Below, piece after piece: positions 40,312-53,400 of a DNA stretch of 64,000 nt (positions are counted from its first letter, which is position 1; every line of letters starts with the position of its first letter). Origin of the DNA: Epiperipatus broadwayi (Eukaryota > Animalia > Onychophora). A program made the position numbers and the translations under genes. The notes under the pieces were generated by a model, which searched no databases, had not been told where the DNA came from, and saw only the letters and a program-made list of their open reading frames with translations. The DNA lies in contig JAQFVV010000001.1 in assembly GCA_028023455.1 (NCBI GenBank), positions 24,242,001 to 24,306,000 of the forward strand, in the 5' to 3' direction.

Positions 40312-42850
40312 CTGCAGCCAGCAGTACTCTAAAGAATACTAAATTCTATATAAAATTAAAAAAATATTTTTTTTACTATGTTTTTTGCTAAAATTTTTTG
40401 CAAGTTAAAAAAAAATTTTTGTTATTAGAAATATGCAAAGTTTCAATTAGAATGGAAATTTGGAAAAGTAAGTTTAAAAAAAATCATATGAAAAGAAATT
40501 TTACATCTGTAATATTGTCTGTGTTATACTAATGATATAATATATTTTGAAATTAATTTAAATATTATTAATATTGTTTCTTTCAGTGAATATCATCTTA
40601 AAATTAAAGAATAACTTTACGAATGTGAATTAAAATAAAATAAAATGCCACACATTAATTTAACTTTTGCATATATATATAAATCTTAGAAACCAATCAA
40701 CACTTAGACAATGCCAATATATATAAAAATCAACAATATCAAACTGTTGTCAAGGCAACCTTCTTTTAACAGTAAAGATGAAATCCCCTTTATATATATA
40801 ATGATAAGTTTAAGTTAGTTTATTATGTATATGGTTTATATTCATATTATTTACTATTTGAAACAAATAGCAAAAAATATACAATAAAAAAAAAACTTTT
40901 ATATTTTTATAAAATGATTAAATAACTGAACTTAGCCCCCTTTTTTAATCTAAATTTATTTTATATATAGTCAGGCAGATAAATAGATATAAAAAAATGT
41001 TATGGCTGGAAACAAAGGAATAGACCTAATAACAAGGAAAATTAAAGTTTTCTAAGAAGAGTAACTACCTAAAATTAAATGACATTTTGGAAAAATGTTA
41101 TTTATATGACTGTCAGTATACTATCAAGTTAATAGCATTTAATTTACCCTAAAATAAATAATAAAACATCTGCTTGCTTTTACTCCAACTGGCCCCATCT
41201 CATTGTTAATTAATGTTCTTTAAATCTAATCACTAATTATAAAATCAAACCACTGATAACAGTAGAGAAGTCAATTGAAATTTTAAAATAAATCATTCTT
41301 CTAAAATAATGATGTTAGTCCACCAATCATGATCTACCAAGTAGCAGGTAATGTGATTTTTTGTCAAATTTCTGCTAAAAATTAACCAAGGTTTTTTTAA
41401 AGTCAGTATTCTGTTAAAAATTGTAAATTAATATTTTCAAAAGTCATTTTCTTATGTTTAAATTTAGATTTAAATTCATGTTAATAAAGATTTAAGTCAA
41501 TTCATAAATCTAAGTTAAATTTAAATAATTTTTACTCATAGTTAAATTCAGATGTGAAATCTATTCGAAATTACGCATTAAATCTTTTTAAAAAAATCAA
41601 GTGATTAAATGTGATCTTTGAGCACTGGAATAGACAAATTGAATTTTGAACTGCGAAATAAAATTTTAGCTCTTGATTTTTTTCCTTGCAATAATATTTA
41701 AAAAAAATATTTATAATATTTAAATTCGGATAACATATACTTGCGAAATCCATGGTTATTATATTCATAAAGTATGCATGACAAGAATTCTCATTTATTA
41801 CCATCTCATTTGCAAACCCTGCTTTTTTTTTCTTTTCAAATGCATGAGGCTGACTTTCTTTTCAAATTATCATAATCATGTGATTTATTCCTCATAAAGT
41901 CATGTGATGTTTAAATTCCCAAATGTTAGTTTGAATATAACAGATATTTTCAATCAATCAAACTAAGCTTCTTTTTTCTTTAATCGCCTAAAAATTAATC
42001 TGAGAAACACCTTGAACTCTGGAATATATTACCAATGGTACAACCAATGAGCTACTTACTGTATTGGCAGGTCATTTAAATGTCTTTTACATTTTAAGAC
42101 ATTGCTACTTAAGGTTTATATAGTAAGAGACAGACTGTATATAAAAAAAAATGTATTAAAATCAATTCTATTTTAATTATAAATATTCTTTGGAAACAAC
42201 TATCTAAAAGTAGTACATTAAGATGAAAATAGAAACTTTTATTGAACAATAATATTACTGACTCCGTATCAAATTAATTAATGATATTAATTTTTTTATT
42301 TGTAAAAGTTTTTTTATTTTTTTCAGTTAATGGTTGACAATATTAATAAGTTTACTTTTCATTAAATCTAAAATTTGCAAGAAAAAAGACAAAAATTATA
42401 TTACAAAAAATAAAAGATTTTCTCAAAATTCGTAGAGAGTTCCAGCATCGAAAATATCCCAGTTGGAGTGATCCATACACATTGAATTCCAGAGTATTTC
42501 ACTCCACTATTACACCAACTTGAATAAAAGCTATTCTAAAATATTAAAATCAAATTTAAATAATCAAAACTGCAGAAAATTTTCAAATATATATATTGAG
42601 AAAATTTAAGACATTGTTAATTGCAGCTTAAGAGAAGATGTAGAAATTCAAAAAGGTGAATTATGAGATTAAAGACTTTAATGAAGCCGAACTTATTGTT
42701 TATTTTGCCTACATATATAAAAAAATAATCGAACAATGTTAGATTGGGAGTTCAAGTGCCTGAAGAACCAGAACTGGAATTAATCCAGGATCAATCCAAA
42801 ATGAGTTTATTTTGAATTTTATGAATCAAATATTTGAATACTTGCATATA

Positions 42851-43474
42851 AATATAGGGATTTGAACTCAGACTTTCAAGTCACTTCACTATCCACACTA
42901 TCTCATACTACTGATACCCATGACCACATACATGCAGTATCAATAGCATGAGATAGTGTAGATAGTGAAGTGGCTTGAAAGTCTGAGTTCAAATCCCTTA
43001 TATTTACAATTAGGCTTCAGGTTTAAGAGTATCTAGTATTTCAAATCTTACATATTAAGCCTGCATCCTGCCCATCAGTCAGAGTGACTTCAGGTCAACA
43101 TGGGTATGACAACAATATTGGCATAAGCATGGGATTTGTGAATTCTATCATCAGATTTTCAATGGTATGGATGGCTGAAACGTTGGAGTAGGTTGAAGCC
43201 TGTCCATTAAAATGTAAGGATTTGCTATCTTAATATAAACTGAGGATTGATTATATATATGTATGGGAGATGGTAATCTGAACCAACTGATGAGTGCTGG
43301 TTTAGCACAAAATCTGAATATTAGTGATTATTTATCTTTTCTACATGTGTGTGGTCATGTGTATCAGTAGTATGAGATAGTGTGTATAGTGAAGTGGCTT
43401 GAAAGTCTGAGTTCAAATCCCTTATATTAATAATTAGGCTCCAGGTTTAAGAGTGCATGATATTTCAAATCTTA
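42851..43474 (+). mobile_element. Family 2 insertion: inverted piece plus ~1.27 monomers (period 424 bp)
   Basis: Direct repeats start at 42937 and 43361; inverted copy at 42851-42917. Perfect 14 bp TSD AATACTTGCATATA (42837-42850, 43475-43488). Confidence 0.88.
43283..43325 (+). ncRNA. Decayed type I hammerhead ribozyme (family 2)
   Basis: CCAA-CUGAUGA-GUGCU-GGUUU-AGCAC-AAAA-UCUGA-AUA-UUAG. Canonical CUGAUGA and a perfect 5 bp helix II; G12 lost by CpG decay; helix III degenerate. Confidence 0.65.
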
Positions 43475-43739
43475 AATACTTGCATATATATATCTTGCTC
43501 TGGATCAACAAATTAATCAGTATTTACACATCTAAATATGAATATTATTAAATATGTAGGTCATTAATTTAGGAAATTATGCGGCATTTGAGCATCTAAG
43601 TGTCAACATTGAGTGCAACAATTCTAGTAGTTAATTGACCAAATTGAGATAATTATTCTTTAATTTTACTGATATTTATCCAGAAACCTCTAATCCCTGA
43701 ATTCATCTATCATAATTAAAAACTTTGGTTCAATATTTA

Positions 43740-44830
43740 TGGACGTGCTTCCCACTCAATGAATTTTCAAAGTCTTGTCAAATCTAAACCATGCCAAATT
43801 TATTATTTAAATTTTTTCTTATATATTTCTTGATGTATGTAATTATAAAATTAAAATGTTAAAATAAACTGTATTTGATGTGAAGATTATTGCTTGGACA
43901 ATCTTTAGATAGAACATTTATTGAATATTTTGTTTTTTGAGTCAAACTTTTTTGAACACCGTCACTTCAAATAAAACATTAGCTCAAAAACACATCGTTT
44001 TAAGTTTCTTAACTAAACGTGTAAAATCACTTTGTTTTAATATTCTAATATCTGAAAGGGTGTGCATAAATAAATTTTGTAGCTTTAACGCAATTTATAA
44101 ATTTTAGTTTGACAATTTCATTTTTTTTTTTGAAATATACTTTTAAGTTATCATGAAAATAGATTAAGATACAATGTTGAGTTCTATGACCAAGTAATGA
44201 TATTTGTTAATCGTCAATAGTAGTTTGGCGTTATTTGAAAATTAATCGGCCAAGAAACTATTTAACCAAGTCCTCATTAAAAAAAAAAAAATCAAATTTA
44301 AAATTTAATATTTTTATTATATTTTTTTTAATTCCTACTAAAGCAAAAAAAGAAAGAGTACTTATAAATAGTCTTAATTTTTCAAAATTCTGCGTAAATT
44401 TTCACGGTTTTAAAAATTTTGTCGGTTCTTTTGAACTGACTATAATAAAAAAAATCAAATATTCGTTGGGATGAACAATTGTCTATTTTTAAAATTCATC
44501 GTCCAAAAAAAAAGAAAAAGAAGGCGGTTTTAAATTTCTAATCCTGTTGTAGGTTATGCTGACGTCCCCTTTGACCTGAATAAAAAATAAAATCATTGTC
44601 ACCAGAAAAGTTCAAAGCCTTTTCAAATAATTGCGCGGTTTATGGTTCGATAAATGAATAGATTAAAGATTATATTAAATTCATAAAACATTTGTTTATT
44701 TAAAAATTATTCATTTTATTTTTTACAAATAAAAGTATTTAACCTATTATACTCCATAATATTTATTATCTAGGAAGCCTTTTATAAGTAAAGCTCAGAC
44801 TAAATACATGCGCGCGCACACATGCACACG
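43740..44830. promoter_or_regulatory. CpG-retaining island
   Basis: About 16 CpGs counted in 44201-44830, including TGCGCGGT and TGCGCGCGCAC. Confidence 0.3.
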
Positions 44831-44841
44831 CAAAGTATTTT

Positions 44842-45365
44842 CTTGAAGATTTGTGATGAGGTATTTTAGTTGTATATTGGACTATTTCCATCATCTAATA
44901 TTAAGTATTCAATGTCTTTAAAAAATGTAATCTTATTTAAATTTTCCATTTACATTCAACTGTTAGTAATAACGGACAGATTAGTAAATGCACAACATTT
45001 CGAGTGGTATTATTCTCCTCTCCAGGTTGCTGATCTGACCAATGGCAGTACTAGAATGAAAATCAAACCTGGATCCTTAGATTCTTGAATATTGAATTTT
45101 AAAGATAACATTCTAATCAACTGAGGTAATTCAATATTCAAGATTCTAGGGATCCAGGTTTGATTCCCATGCTAATACTGTCGCTGGGCATGCCAACAAC
45201 ACCTGAAAAAGAGAGGGAAATAATACCACTGGAAATGTTATTCATATACTAACTTGTATGCTATTACTTATAGTTGAATGTAATTGGAAAATTTAAATAC
45301 GCTTAAATTTTTTTGAAAACATTCAATGCTTAATATAAGATGATCGAAATATAAATATAATTAAG
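44842..45365. mobile_element. Family 4 tRNA-SINE, two copies head-to-head (minus 44842-45129, plus 45129-45365)
   Basis: The minus copy shares its 3' end with 11936 and has decayed A/B boxes (CCTCAGTTGATTAG, GGTTTGATT). The plus copy starts between the boxes. HHR-like motifs at ~44990-45028 (-) and 45200-45240 (+). Confidence 0.78.
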
Positions 45366-46189
45366 ATGCTTATTTTAAGAATGGGTAATTGAAATTATGA
45401 AAGACCTCAAAGTGTTGTAATTAGTACAACCAAGTGCAATGCCCACAATCTGAAGTTCAAATTTGAGTAAAAGTATGATTTTTTTTTCTTTAGATGGTTA
45501 AAGATTTCCCAACCAACACAACTAGCATATTAATATTTTTTTTATTAGTTATTCATTAGTCTAATCATTCAATTATTGGTTAGTAAAAATTTATCTAACT
45601 ATTATTAGCTAGTAGATAAAACAAAAAAATGTTTTATTTCTGCTGAAAAGCAGATGATGATAAGTAGGAGGAAAAGTATTGTGACCAAAATATGACATAA
45701 CGTTGCTTATTACAATTTATTCTAATATGTTCAATATTTAGAATTGTGAGCTTTTTATATTATTAATGTGCATAAATAAATTTTAAAAAACAATACCTAT
45801 CATTACATGAGAGGTTTAGTAATGAGTGCAGCCTTTTTCATTATATGTAGGAAGATGAATCTGGAATTATTTTTTTGTCTTGTATTGATCTATTCAACAA
45901 TATTTTACTTTTTATTTACATAAATTTAACTTGATTCTGAATTTATTTCAGTAACATTTTTTTTTTAAATTTAATCTTTAGTATATTTTATATTAAAAAA
46001 AAGGTAAATAAGCTATTTATGAATGAGTATTGCCACTTTATTTCTATTTTTTTCTACAATAAAATTTTAGTTGTTAGAAATAGAAATAAGTTTTTAGAAA
46101 GACAAAATATATCAAGATAAATATGAATAATGAATTATACATATGTTTATAGATATTACCATATTTTGGTTTTTTGGTATAAGATTTGA

Positions 46190-48470
46190 TACCTTGTGAT
46201 TCTGCATTTAATTTCTTATACAACAGTTTTTCTGAAACCTATTCAATGTATGCCACCAACAATCTTTCTGTCAAAGAAAACAATCAATATTATAATTTTT
46301 AAACATGTTTTTGAGATAATCATTTATAACACATGAAGTGCCTCTACCATGAAATCCATGTTCAAGTTTACCATAAAATATTTTTTAGAACGGTCGACAT
46401 TATTTATTCATTGGACACAATCAAATTATACCAATTGATCTTTTCTTTATTTTATTCATTATATTCTGAGATATTTTTTTTCAGCTATAAGAGGTGTATC
46501 ATCTGAAAATCTAATACATTTTATTACTCTAACTCCAATATTAGCTCTTCCATAGTCTAACATGTCTTAAATAAACATTGAAAAGCACAGGTGACATGTA
46601 ACATCCTATCTCCATCTTTGTCTATCATCTCTTTCCATATTCACTTCCTTAGACTAATTATTTTCAAGTCTTACTTTTTGTCCACTATACATATTCCAAA
46701 TCAATCTTCTTTATTCACTTTCTTAGAGTTATTATTTCTTTCCAAAATATTCCTTTATTTTTATAATCATAAGTTCTTTCCAGATTTTTCTGTCACATGC
46801 TTTTTCCAAATCCATAAACACATACCAATTCCCTTTTCTCTATCTAACAATATAGAATCTCTTGTACTTTTCCATCTCTAAAAACCAAATTTTTCCTCAC
46901 TAATGTAATGTTCTACTTTTCCATATATTCATTGAGTTAAGATTTTCAACAATATTTTTGAAATATGAGATAATAAACTTATTTTCCCGCAGTCTTCATA
47001 TCTAATAGTTTTTTTTTTTTTTTTAGCTATTAGAATCATTATACTCCTCAAGAAGCTGTAGATCAAATCCACTATTATATTTCAAATTGAATAGTCCAAC
47101 AATTCCTTTAATAATAATTTCTTCCAATTCTTTAAAAAATATTATAAATATTGTAACAAATCCAACAGCTTTATCATTTTTTATTTCTTTAATCAATTTA
47201 ATTAATTTTTCCATCAATATATCCAAACACTATTTCTTTACTCCAATATCTTCTTCACTTTCAAGTTCATAATTAACAGGATCATTTTCTTTTCTAAATA
47301 GATATTGAGGATATTTTTTCCATCTTTTCAACATAGCATTTTTATCAGTTAATTTCTTTCCATTATTATGAACTATTTTATTTATTAATCATTTCTTTTT
47401 GCCCAAGTGACATTTCTATTTCTATCAACTACCTGTTGAAGCACTTCTATCTCTCTACATTCCTCTTTCCATCATTTTCTTATGCTAAATCTGTTTCTCT
47501 CTTTAATTCATTATTAATTTTTTTATATGTTCTTTCTCCTTACATACTATTAACATTCTTTTAGCTTCTCACATCCATTTTTTTCAAAATTCTTTCAGTT
47601 TTCCAAAGTCATGTAGTTTTTATTAATCAAATAATTTTTATTAATTTTAACATTCCCTCATTAACCTTACACCAATGTTTACCAAAAACATTTAATATTC
47701 TCATTTTCATAAATTGTCTTTATTATTTTATTACATTTTTCTCAATTCTTCTAAATTTGTTAAGTTCCATATTACATATCTCTTTTTTCTTTTCAGCTTT
47801 TTAAATTCAATTTTAATTTTTCCATAATCATATCAATGCAAACAAAGTAAATGAATTTTTAATAGCATTCTTATATCTATCCTTTATTAAACCATGTGTT
47901 AACAAGTATTAAATTATTCTCTTTACAAAATTCCAAGATGACTACCTCTTTCATTCTTTCTTCCAATACTAACAATTCCCAACAATTTTTCTTTTTTACT
48001 TTTCCCCACATCAGCATTCCAATCAATCAGCAGCAACAAATATCTATTTTTATCCTTTAAATGTATTATTTTCTTCATTTTCCATACTGTTTATCTACTT
48101 CTATATCAGCTTGACTGCTTTATAAATACCAAATCCTTAGAATTTGCAATTATTCTCATCATCATAAATCTATCACCAACATAATCTATTATTGCCACAC
48201 TATTTTATACCTTATTTTTAGCAGCAATACCAACTCCATTGTCAGAATAAATCATTTAACATCCCCCTCTATTTTCTGCTCCACGTCTCTTTAATCAATC
48301 CTATAACATCATTTCCCTTTTAAAAATTTCCAATTTCCCAGCACTTCTCAATAACCTTAAATTTCATATAACCACTCTCAATGCTTCTTCTTTCAAAATA
48401 TTATTTTATAAAGATTTTGTGAGTTTAAGCTCTGTAATATCATGTAAACTTTTGATGGGTACCAAAGCTT
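46190..48470 (-). mobile_element. Second RTE-type LINE (family B), heavily decayed with internal deletions
   Basis: Minus-strand translation gives NGVGIAAKNKV..VGDRFMMMRI, ADWNADVG-like, NDKAVG, ADDT and IFYGKLEHGFHGRG fragments. The sequence is distinct from family A. Confidence 0.8.
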
Positions 48471-48485
48471 TCCTTAGTTAATCTT

Positions 48486-49106
48486 CAAACATCACATGAT
48501 TACCATTCTTTATACTTACACAAGCTGTTTTTCACAGAGGCAAAACTCTCCATACAGTAGCACCACACAGTGCAAGCCAGAGTAACCAATGGATGCATCC
48601 ATTGATTTCTCTGGCTTGCACTGAGTGGTGCTACTATATATAAAATTTTCTCTGTAAAAAATAGCTTGTATAAGTGTAAAGAATGGTGATCATGTGATGT
48701 TTGATGGTTTAAAATCAATCTTGCCCAATAGGATTATGGTGACTGTGGTTATTAAAGAACCAAAGACACCAAAAAATATGGTTGCTGAACTGAGTTCATA
48801 TCTATATAACTATACAAGCTAATGAGCTTGGCTTGAAAACATTATTGTGTTTTCATTTTGGTCTCAAAGCTTTATAGTTAGATGAAAAGGTGGCTGCTGG
48901 AGGGTTGTATTAGATCCTAAAATCTAGGTGCACTGCTCTCAGACCCAAGGTTCCTCACTGATAAAAGAGACAAGCTAGAAACTAGTCTGGGTATGTTGGA
49001 TGACTAGGCACTAGATAGGGATTTTATTCACAAACACTTCTGCATCTATTGATTATTCTGGCTTGTACTGTGTGGTACTACTGTATGAAGAGTTTTACCT
49101 CTGTGT
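48486..49106. mobile_element. Family 1 insertion with a ~110 bp zero-spacer palindrome and HHR on the plus strand
   Basis: Palindrome centred on GGATG|CATCC (48595/48596). HHR at 48952-48993 has CUGAUAA (G8 mutated) and GAAACUAGUC. Perfect 13 bp TSD CTTAGTTAATCTT (48473-48485, 49107-49119). Confidence 0.9.
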
Positions 49107-50253
49107 CTTAGTTAATCTTGTGTTGATGTTCATAATAAAATGATAAAGAATTAATACGGCAAAATGCTTTACCATTGCTTTCTTTGCCCAGAAATAACTT
49201 TCAATACAGATTTTATGTGTTAATCATTTTTCATAAATAAATACCCATCTACTGTTTCCTCTTTGTGGTTGTCATCTATAGTAATTTTCTGCTAAATTGG
49301 AAGAATCTGTTGCTGATCCAATTCTCATCAGGATATTCATTTATTCAATGGAGCTCAACACTTTCTATAACACTTTCACTATCATAGGAATTGTGGCATT
49401 TTATAGAAATATATAAGACATTCTCCCCTTCATCACTTAGTAATACACTGTATGATTTAATTTTATTTAGACCTATTTTATGAAAAAAAAAAAAAGAGTT
49501 CAAATTTAAGTAAGTTATGTTGAATGTCATATACCCTTATATGTTTATATAAATAGATTGTATGGTCAGTCATATTAAAATGTATCTTAAGTTTTATTTT
49601 CCTTTGCCTAAAAATCCTTCATTAAAAAAGTTTGGATCTTTTTTTCATTCTTATTATTTTAATGTATTTTACTTTGCTTTTTTTATTATTATTATTTCCT
49701 AATATCTAATCAATTATCATTTGTTCTGAGCAATAACCAAAATGATATTAGTGGCAATTAATCACAATCTATCAATAGAAAAACATTATAAGTTGTTTGT
49801 ATGTATTATGTTGAAAATTTGGAGAGTACTGAATGTTATATATATTAGAGTAAGACGACAATAACTACTAATAATAGTAATGATCAGTTTCTTGACAGAT
49901 AAACATTAAGTTGAGTGTCAAAATATTAAGCAGAGCATATAGTTTTATTTTATATTGACCAGTTTGAGTTTTCCCCCCGTTTTTTTTTTTCCAATTTGAA
50001 ATTGATTTAGAAACATTTTGCCTTCTTATACACAGTAAACCTAATGTCAGAATGCTTTTCATCTTGAAATATTGTGTGGCTTAGTAAATCAATGCTAGCA
50101 AGTCATTCTACTAACAGCTTATGTTTTAAACTAACAATTATTTCCTTGCACGCACACATTTTAAAATGATTTTTATAAATAATTCTATAACAAAGTTTAA
50201 TACATATTGGTACCTTAGAATAAGATTGTGATAGAAGACAATCCATTATTACT

Positions 50254-50408
50254 AAACATCACATGATCACTATCTCATACTAGCATAGAAACTAGTCTGG
50301 GGATATTGGATGAGTAGGCACTAGATAGGGATTTTATGCACAAGCCTTCTGACATCCATTGATTGCTCTGGTTAGCACAAGATGGCACTACTACATGGAG
50401 AGTTTTGC
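50254..50408 (+). repeat. Family 1 fragment (3' half of the HHR onward) joined to an inverted piece
   Basis: AAACATCACATGATCAC is followed by AGAAACTAGTCTGGGGATATTGGATGAGTAGGCACTAGATAGGG. Confidence 0.85.
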
Positions 50409-53400
50409 TTTGTTTTGAATTGTTTAATAACAATTCAGGCCAATTAGAAAACCTATTGTAAAATTTTTTGCACTTCCTCCTAACAAAACTGCCAAACGTT
50501 ATTTACTCTTAGTATGTGGTTTATGATTAGCCATTTGTAAGAATAATGGCTACTTAAAAGTAATTATATATAATTAATTGCTCAGAAAGTTATTTAAAAT
50601 TCCAAAAACTATTTATTATTATTTTATTTAGCTGAAAATTTATGCAGGCATTTTAGTTCTAGATTCTGTTATTAAATCACTCTGCAAATGTATCTATTTA
50701 TGATATTTATTGATAACAATAACTCTATCATGGCAAATATATTGTGCATTTTATTTTGTTTTTATCAATTCCTCTAGTATCATATATATAATAAGACCAA
50801 CATTTAAGCTAGCTATTTGTTACAATAAGAAAACTTTAAATAATGTAATTACTAACCTTGAGCTATTAGGCCAGTTGTTGCATGTGATTTACAAAGCAGA
50901 ACATCCGCTTATGATTCCGATGAAGAACAAACAAGATTTGCAAAATTCTAATATCGACTCAGTGACTCTTGAATTTTTCAGCGATGAAGAATCCCCATAA
51001 TTATTAAACTATAAAATGTGTTTGATGTGAAAGAGTTGTTTTTTCTTTTTCTTTTAAATAAATAAATAAATAGAATTTTTTTTTTTTTAAAAAAGAAGGT
51101 AACTTGTTTGAACAGTTACACCAGTTATAGTAATATAATAATCGAAGTAACAATAAACAAAGAACATTAAAATTTAAAAAAAGATTTTTTTTTTTAAAGG
51201 TGAAATTGTTCTTCTTTTTTTTTTTTTAATACAAGTGTTATTAAAAATAAATTTGTTTAGGGGGTAGATTGAACAATAAATCGAATAAAAATAGTTTATA
51301 AGCATCTGCCAATAATGCTGTTGGCAAAAAAAAAAAAAAAAAGTTAATGTTTCTGTTTTCAGGCTTTAATTCGTTACTTTTATAAATTTATTATTTTATT
51401 TTGTTTAGTGTCAAATCATCTCAGTATTTTTAAATATCTTATAATTAATAATTATTAAAAAAAAATCTTTAAAAAATTTGCTAAACAATTATTTTATACT
51501 TTTTAAATATGAAATCATCTTAAAAATTTATCAGTATTTTGAAAATACGAAATGGAACTTTTTAACGAATGTATTTCATTTTATTTGCTGCTTTCAAATT
51601 ATCAGTTGCAATTGCATTTCTTAAATTTTGTATTATATATAAATAAAATATCTAGTAGTCAAAAAATTCATTGAGCAGAGTTGAAATGAAACATCTAAAA
51701 ACCGATTTTTAGATGGACAGTAAAAAAAAATGTCACTGGCAAACATTCTTGCGAATGTTACTTAGCTGAAGCACAGAGAAAATTAGAAATGAATATACAA
51801 ATAACTTTTCTGTTTTAATTCTGTCGTAAGGTAATCTAATTCAATTTTTGAAAAGGCTGTTAGAAAAAAAAACGAAAGAGAATAACAAGCAAGTAGATGG
51901 ATGAATTTCATCATCACAATAATAAATACATGTGCGAGCAGCTTGAAAAAAAAAAAACCAAAGATAAGTCACTATGGTAAAAATGGCGTTTGACTAATTT
52001 AGCATCTAATAATAATGATGATGATATAATAATAATATTTTTTCTCGAGATGACTATAAATAATAAGAAATTGTAATAATTACTCATAAAATTGTTAATA
52101 TAGTATAAGAAAGCAGTTCGTCATTGTTTTCTCTCATGCAATAGGAATGTTTTTCTATTGATAGAATTATAAATCAATTTCCACTATTACTATGCTATAT
52201 TTTGTCCAATATCATCATGGGAAATCAAGCATTAAAAATTAATGATAAATAGAATACAATAAAAATAACAAAATCGTATAGAATTTTAAGAAAACAAAAA
52301 CCAGTTGTCTTTGTAATAACTTGTTATATAAGATGGAAAAAACTCAGCTGTATATTTCAGTAAAAAAAGAAATAACAATAGATAATAATAAAAAATGCAT
52401 CTAGCTACAAAATCTCAGGTTAGCCAACTTCATACCCATTAGTTGAAATTTAGATTATGAAAAATATAAAAATAAACTTTTTATAAAAATTGTAATTCTT
52501 TATCCTGACTTCATTCATTAAATATGTAAAAAAACATTACATATTTCCCTTGCCTAGTATCTTCAATCTGTTGTCAAGGCAACTTCTATAAGTAAAAGAA
52601 TAATTCCATCTTTGCTGGCACAGGATTATATGTATATGTAATGAAAATGATTTCTGAAGGTTCCTTCTGCAATGTCATTTTATTAAAATTAAACTTTCTT
52701 TTCCTGCTAAGACTAGATTAAATATTACTTTTTCATAATAAAGTATATATAAAAACCTTATAAAATGATCAAAGTCATTTTTTTTAAAAATTCCTTTATG
52801 TATTCTGTAGAAATTCAGTGTTTTTTGATTTGTCTCAATATTGAGAATTCCTCCTACTGTTTAACAATTATTTCATTAACATAATTTTTTATAATTATTT
52901 TTTATTATTTTTATACAAAATATTCTAAGAAGTAATTAATATTTGCATTACTGTATTTTTTAAAAATCTAACAATATTTTTTTTATCTTTTATAATGTAA
53001 AAAGAATCAGGTGAGATGAATTTGAAAACGGGTAATAATATACTGGGAAGTACGTTAAAATATGGCATTTGATAATATAAAGAGGGAGAGATATCTGACT
53101 GATACCAAATATTTTGTACAAAATTATTTTATTTTTGTGAAAAAAAGAGAAAGTATAATTTAACCAACATTTTATAAATTTAATTTCAATGAATCACAGT
53201 AGTATAAAATAGCAACGAATTGATGAAATGTTTACTTCAACAATTAGAATGTAATCAACATTTGTAAATGGTTTAAATAACCTTCACATAATCATACATT
53301 CTTTTGAAAATATATGAATAAAGATACAATAAAAGACAAATCCCCAAGAATCATCAGTTGGCCCAGGTCATCATTTCTCATATATATCTTTATAATATTT

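Noticed and set aside
42627-42800. Candidate micro-exons continuing the 29765 reading frame
   Set aside because: The frame can be joined but terminates after ~57 aa; such AG/GT pairs are expected by chance.
43145-43200. GGCTGAAACGTTGG resembling a second HHR 3' half
   Set aside because: No upstream CUGANGA or pairing helix II/I found.
50710-51000. 96 aa ORF with an acidic tail
   Set aside because: Low-complexity AT-driven N-terminus and no homology recognised.
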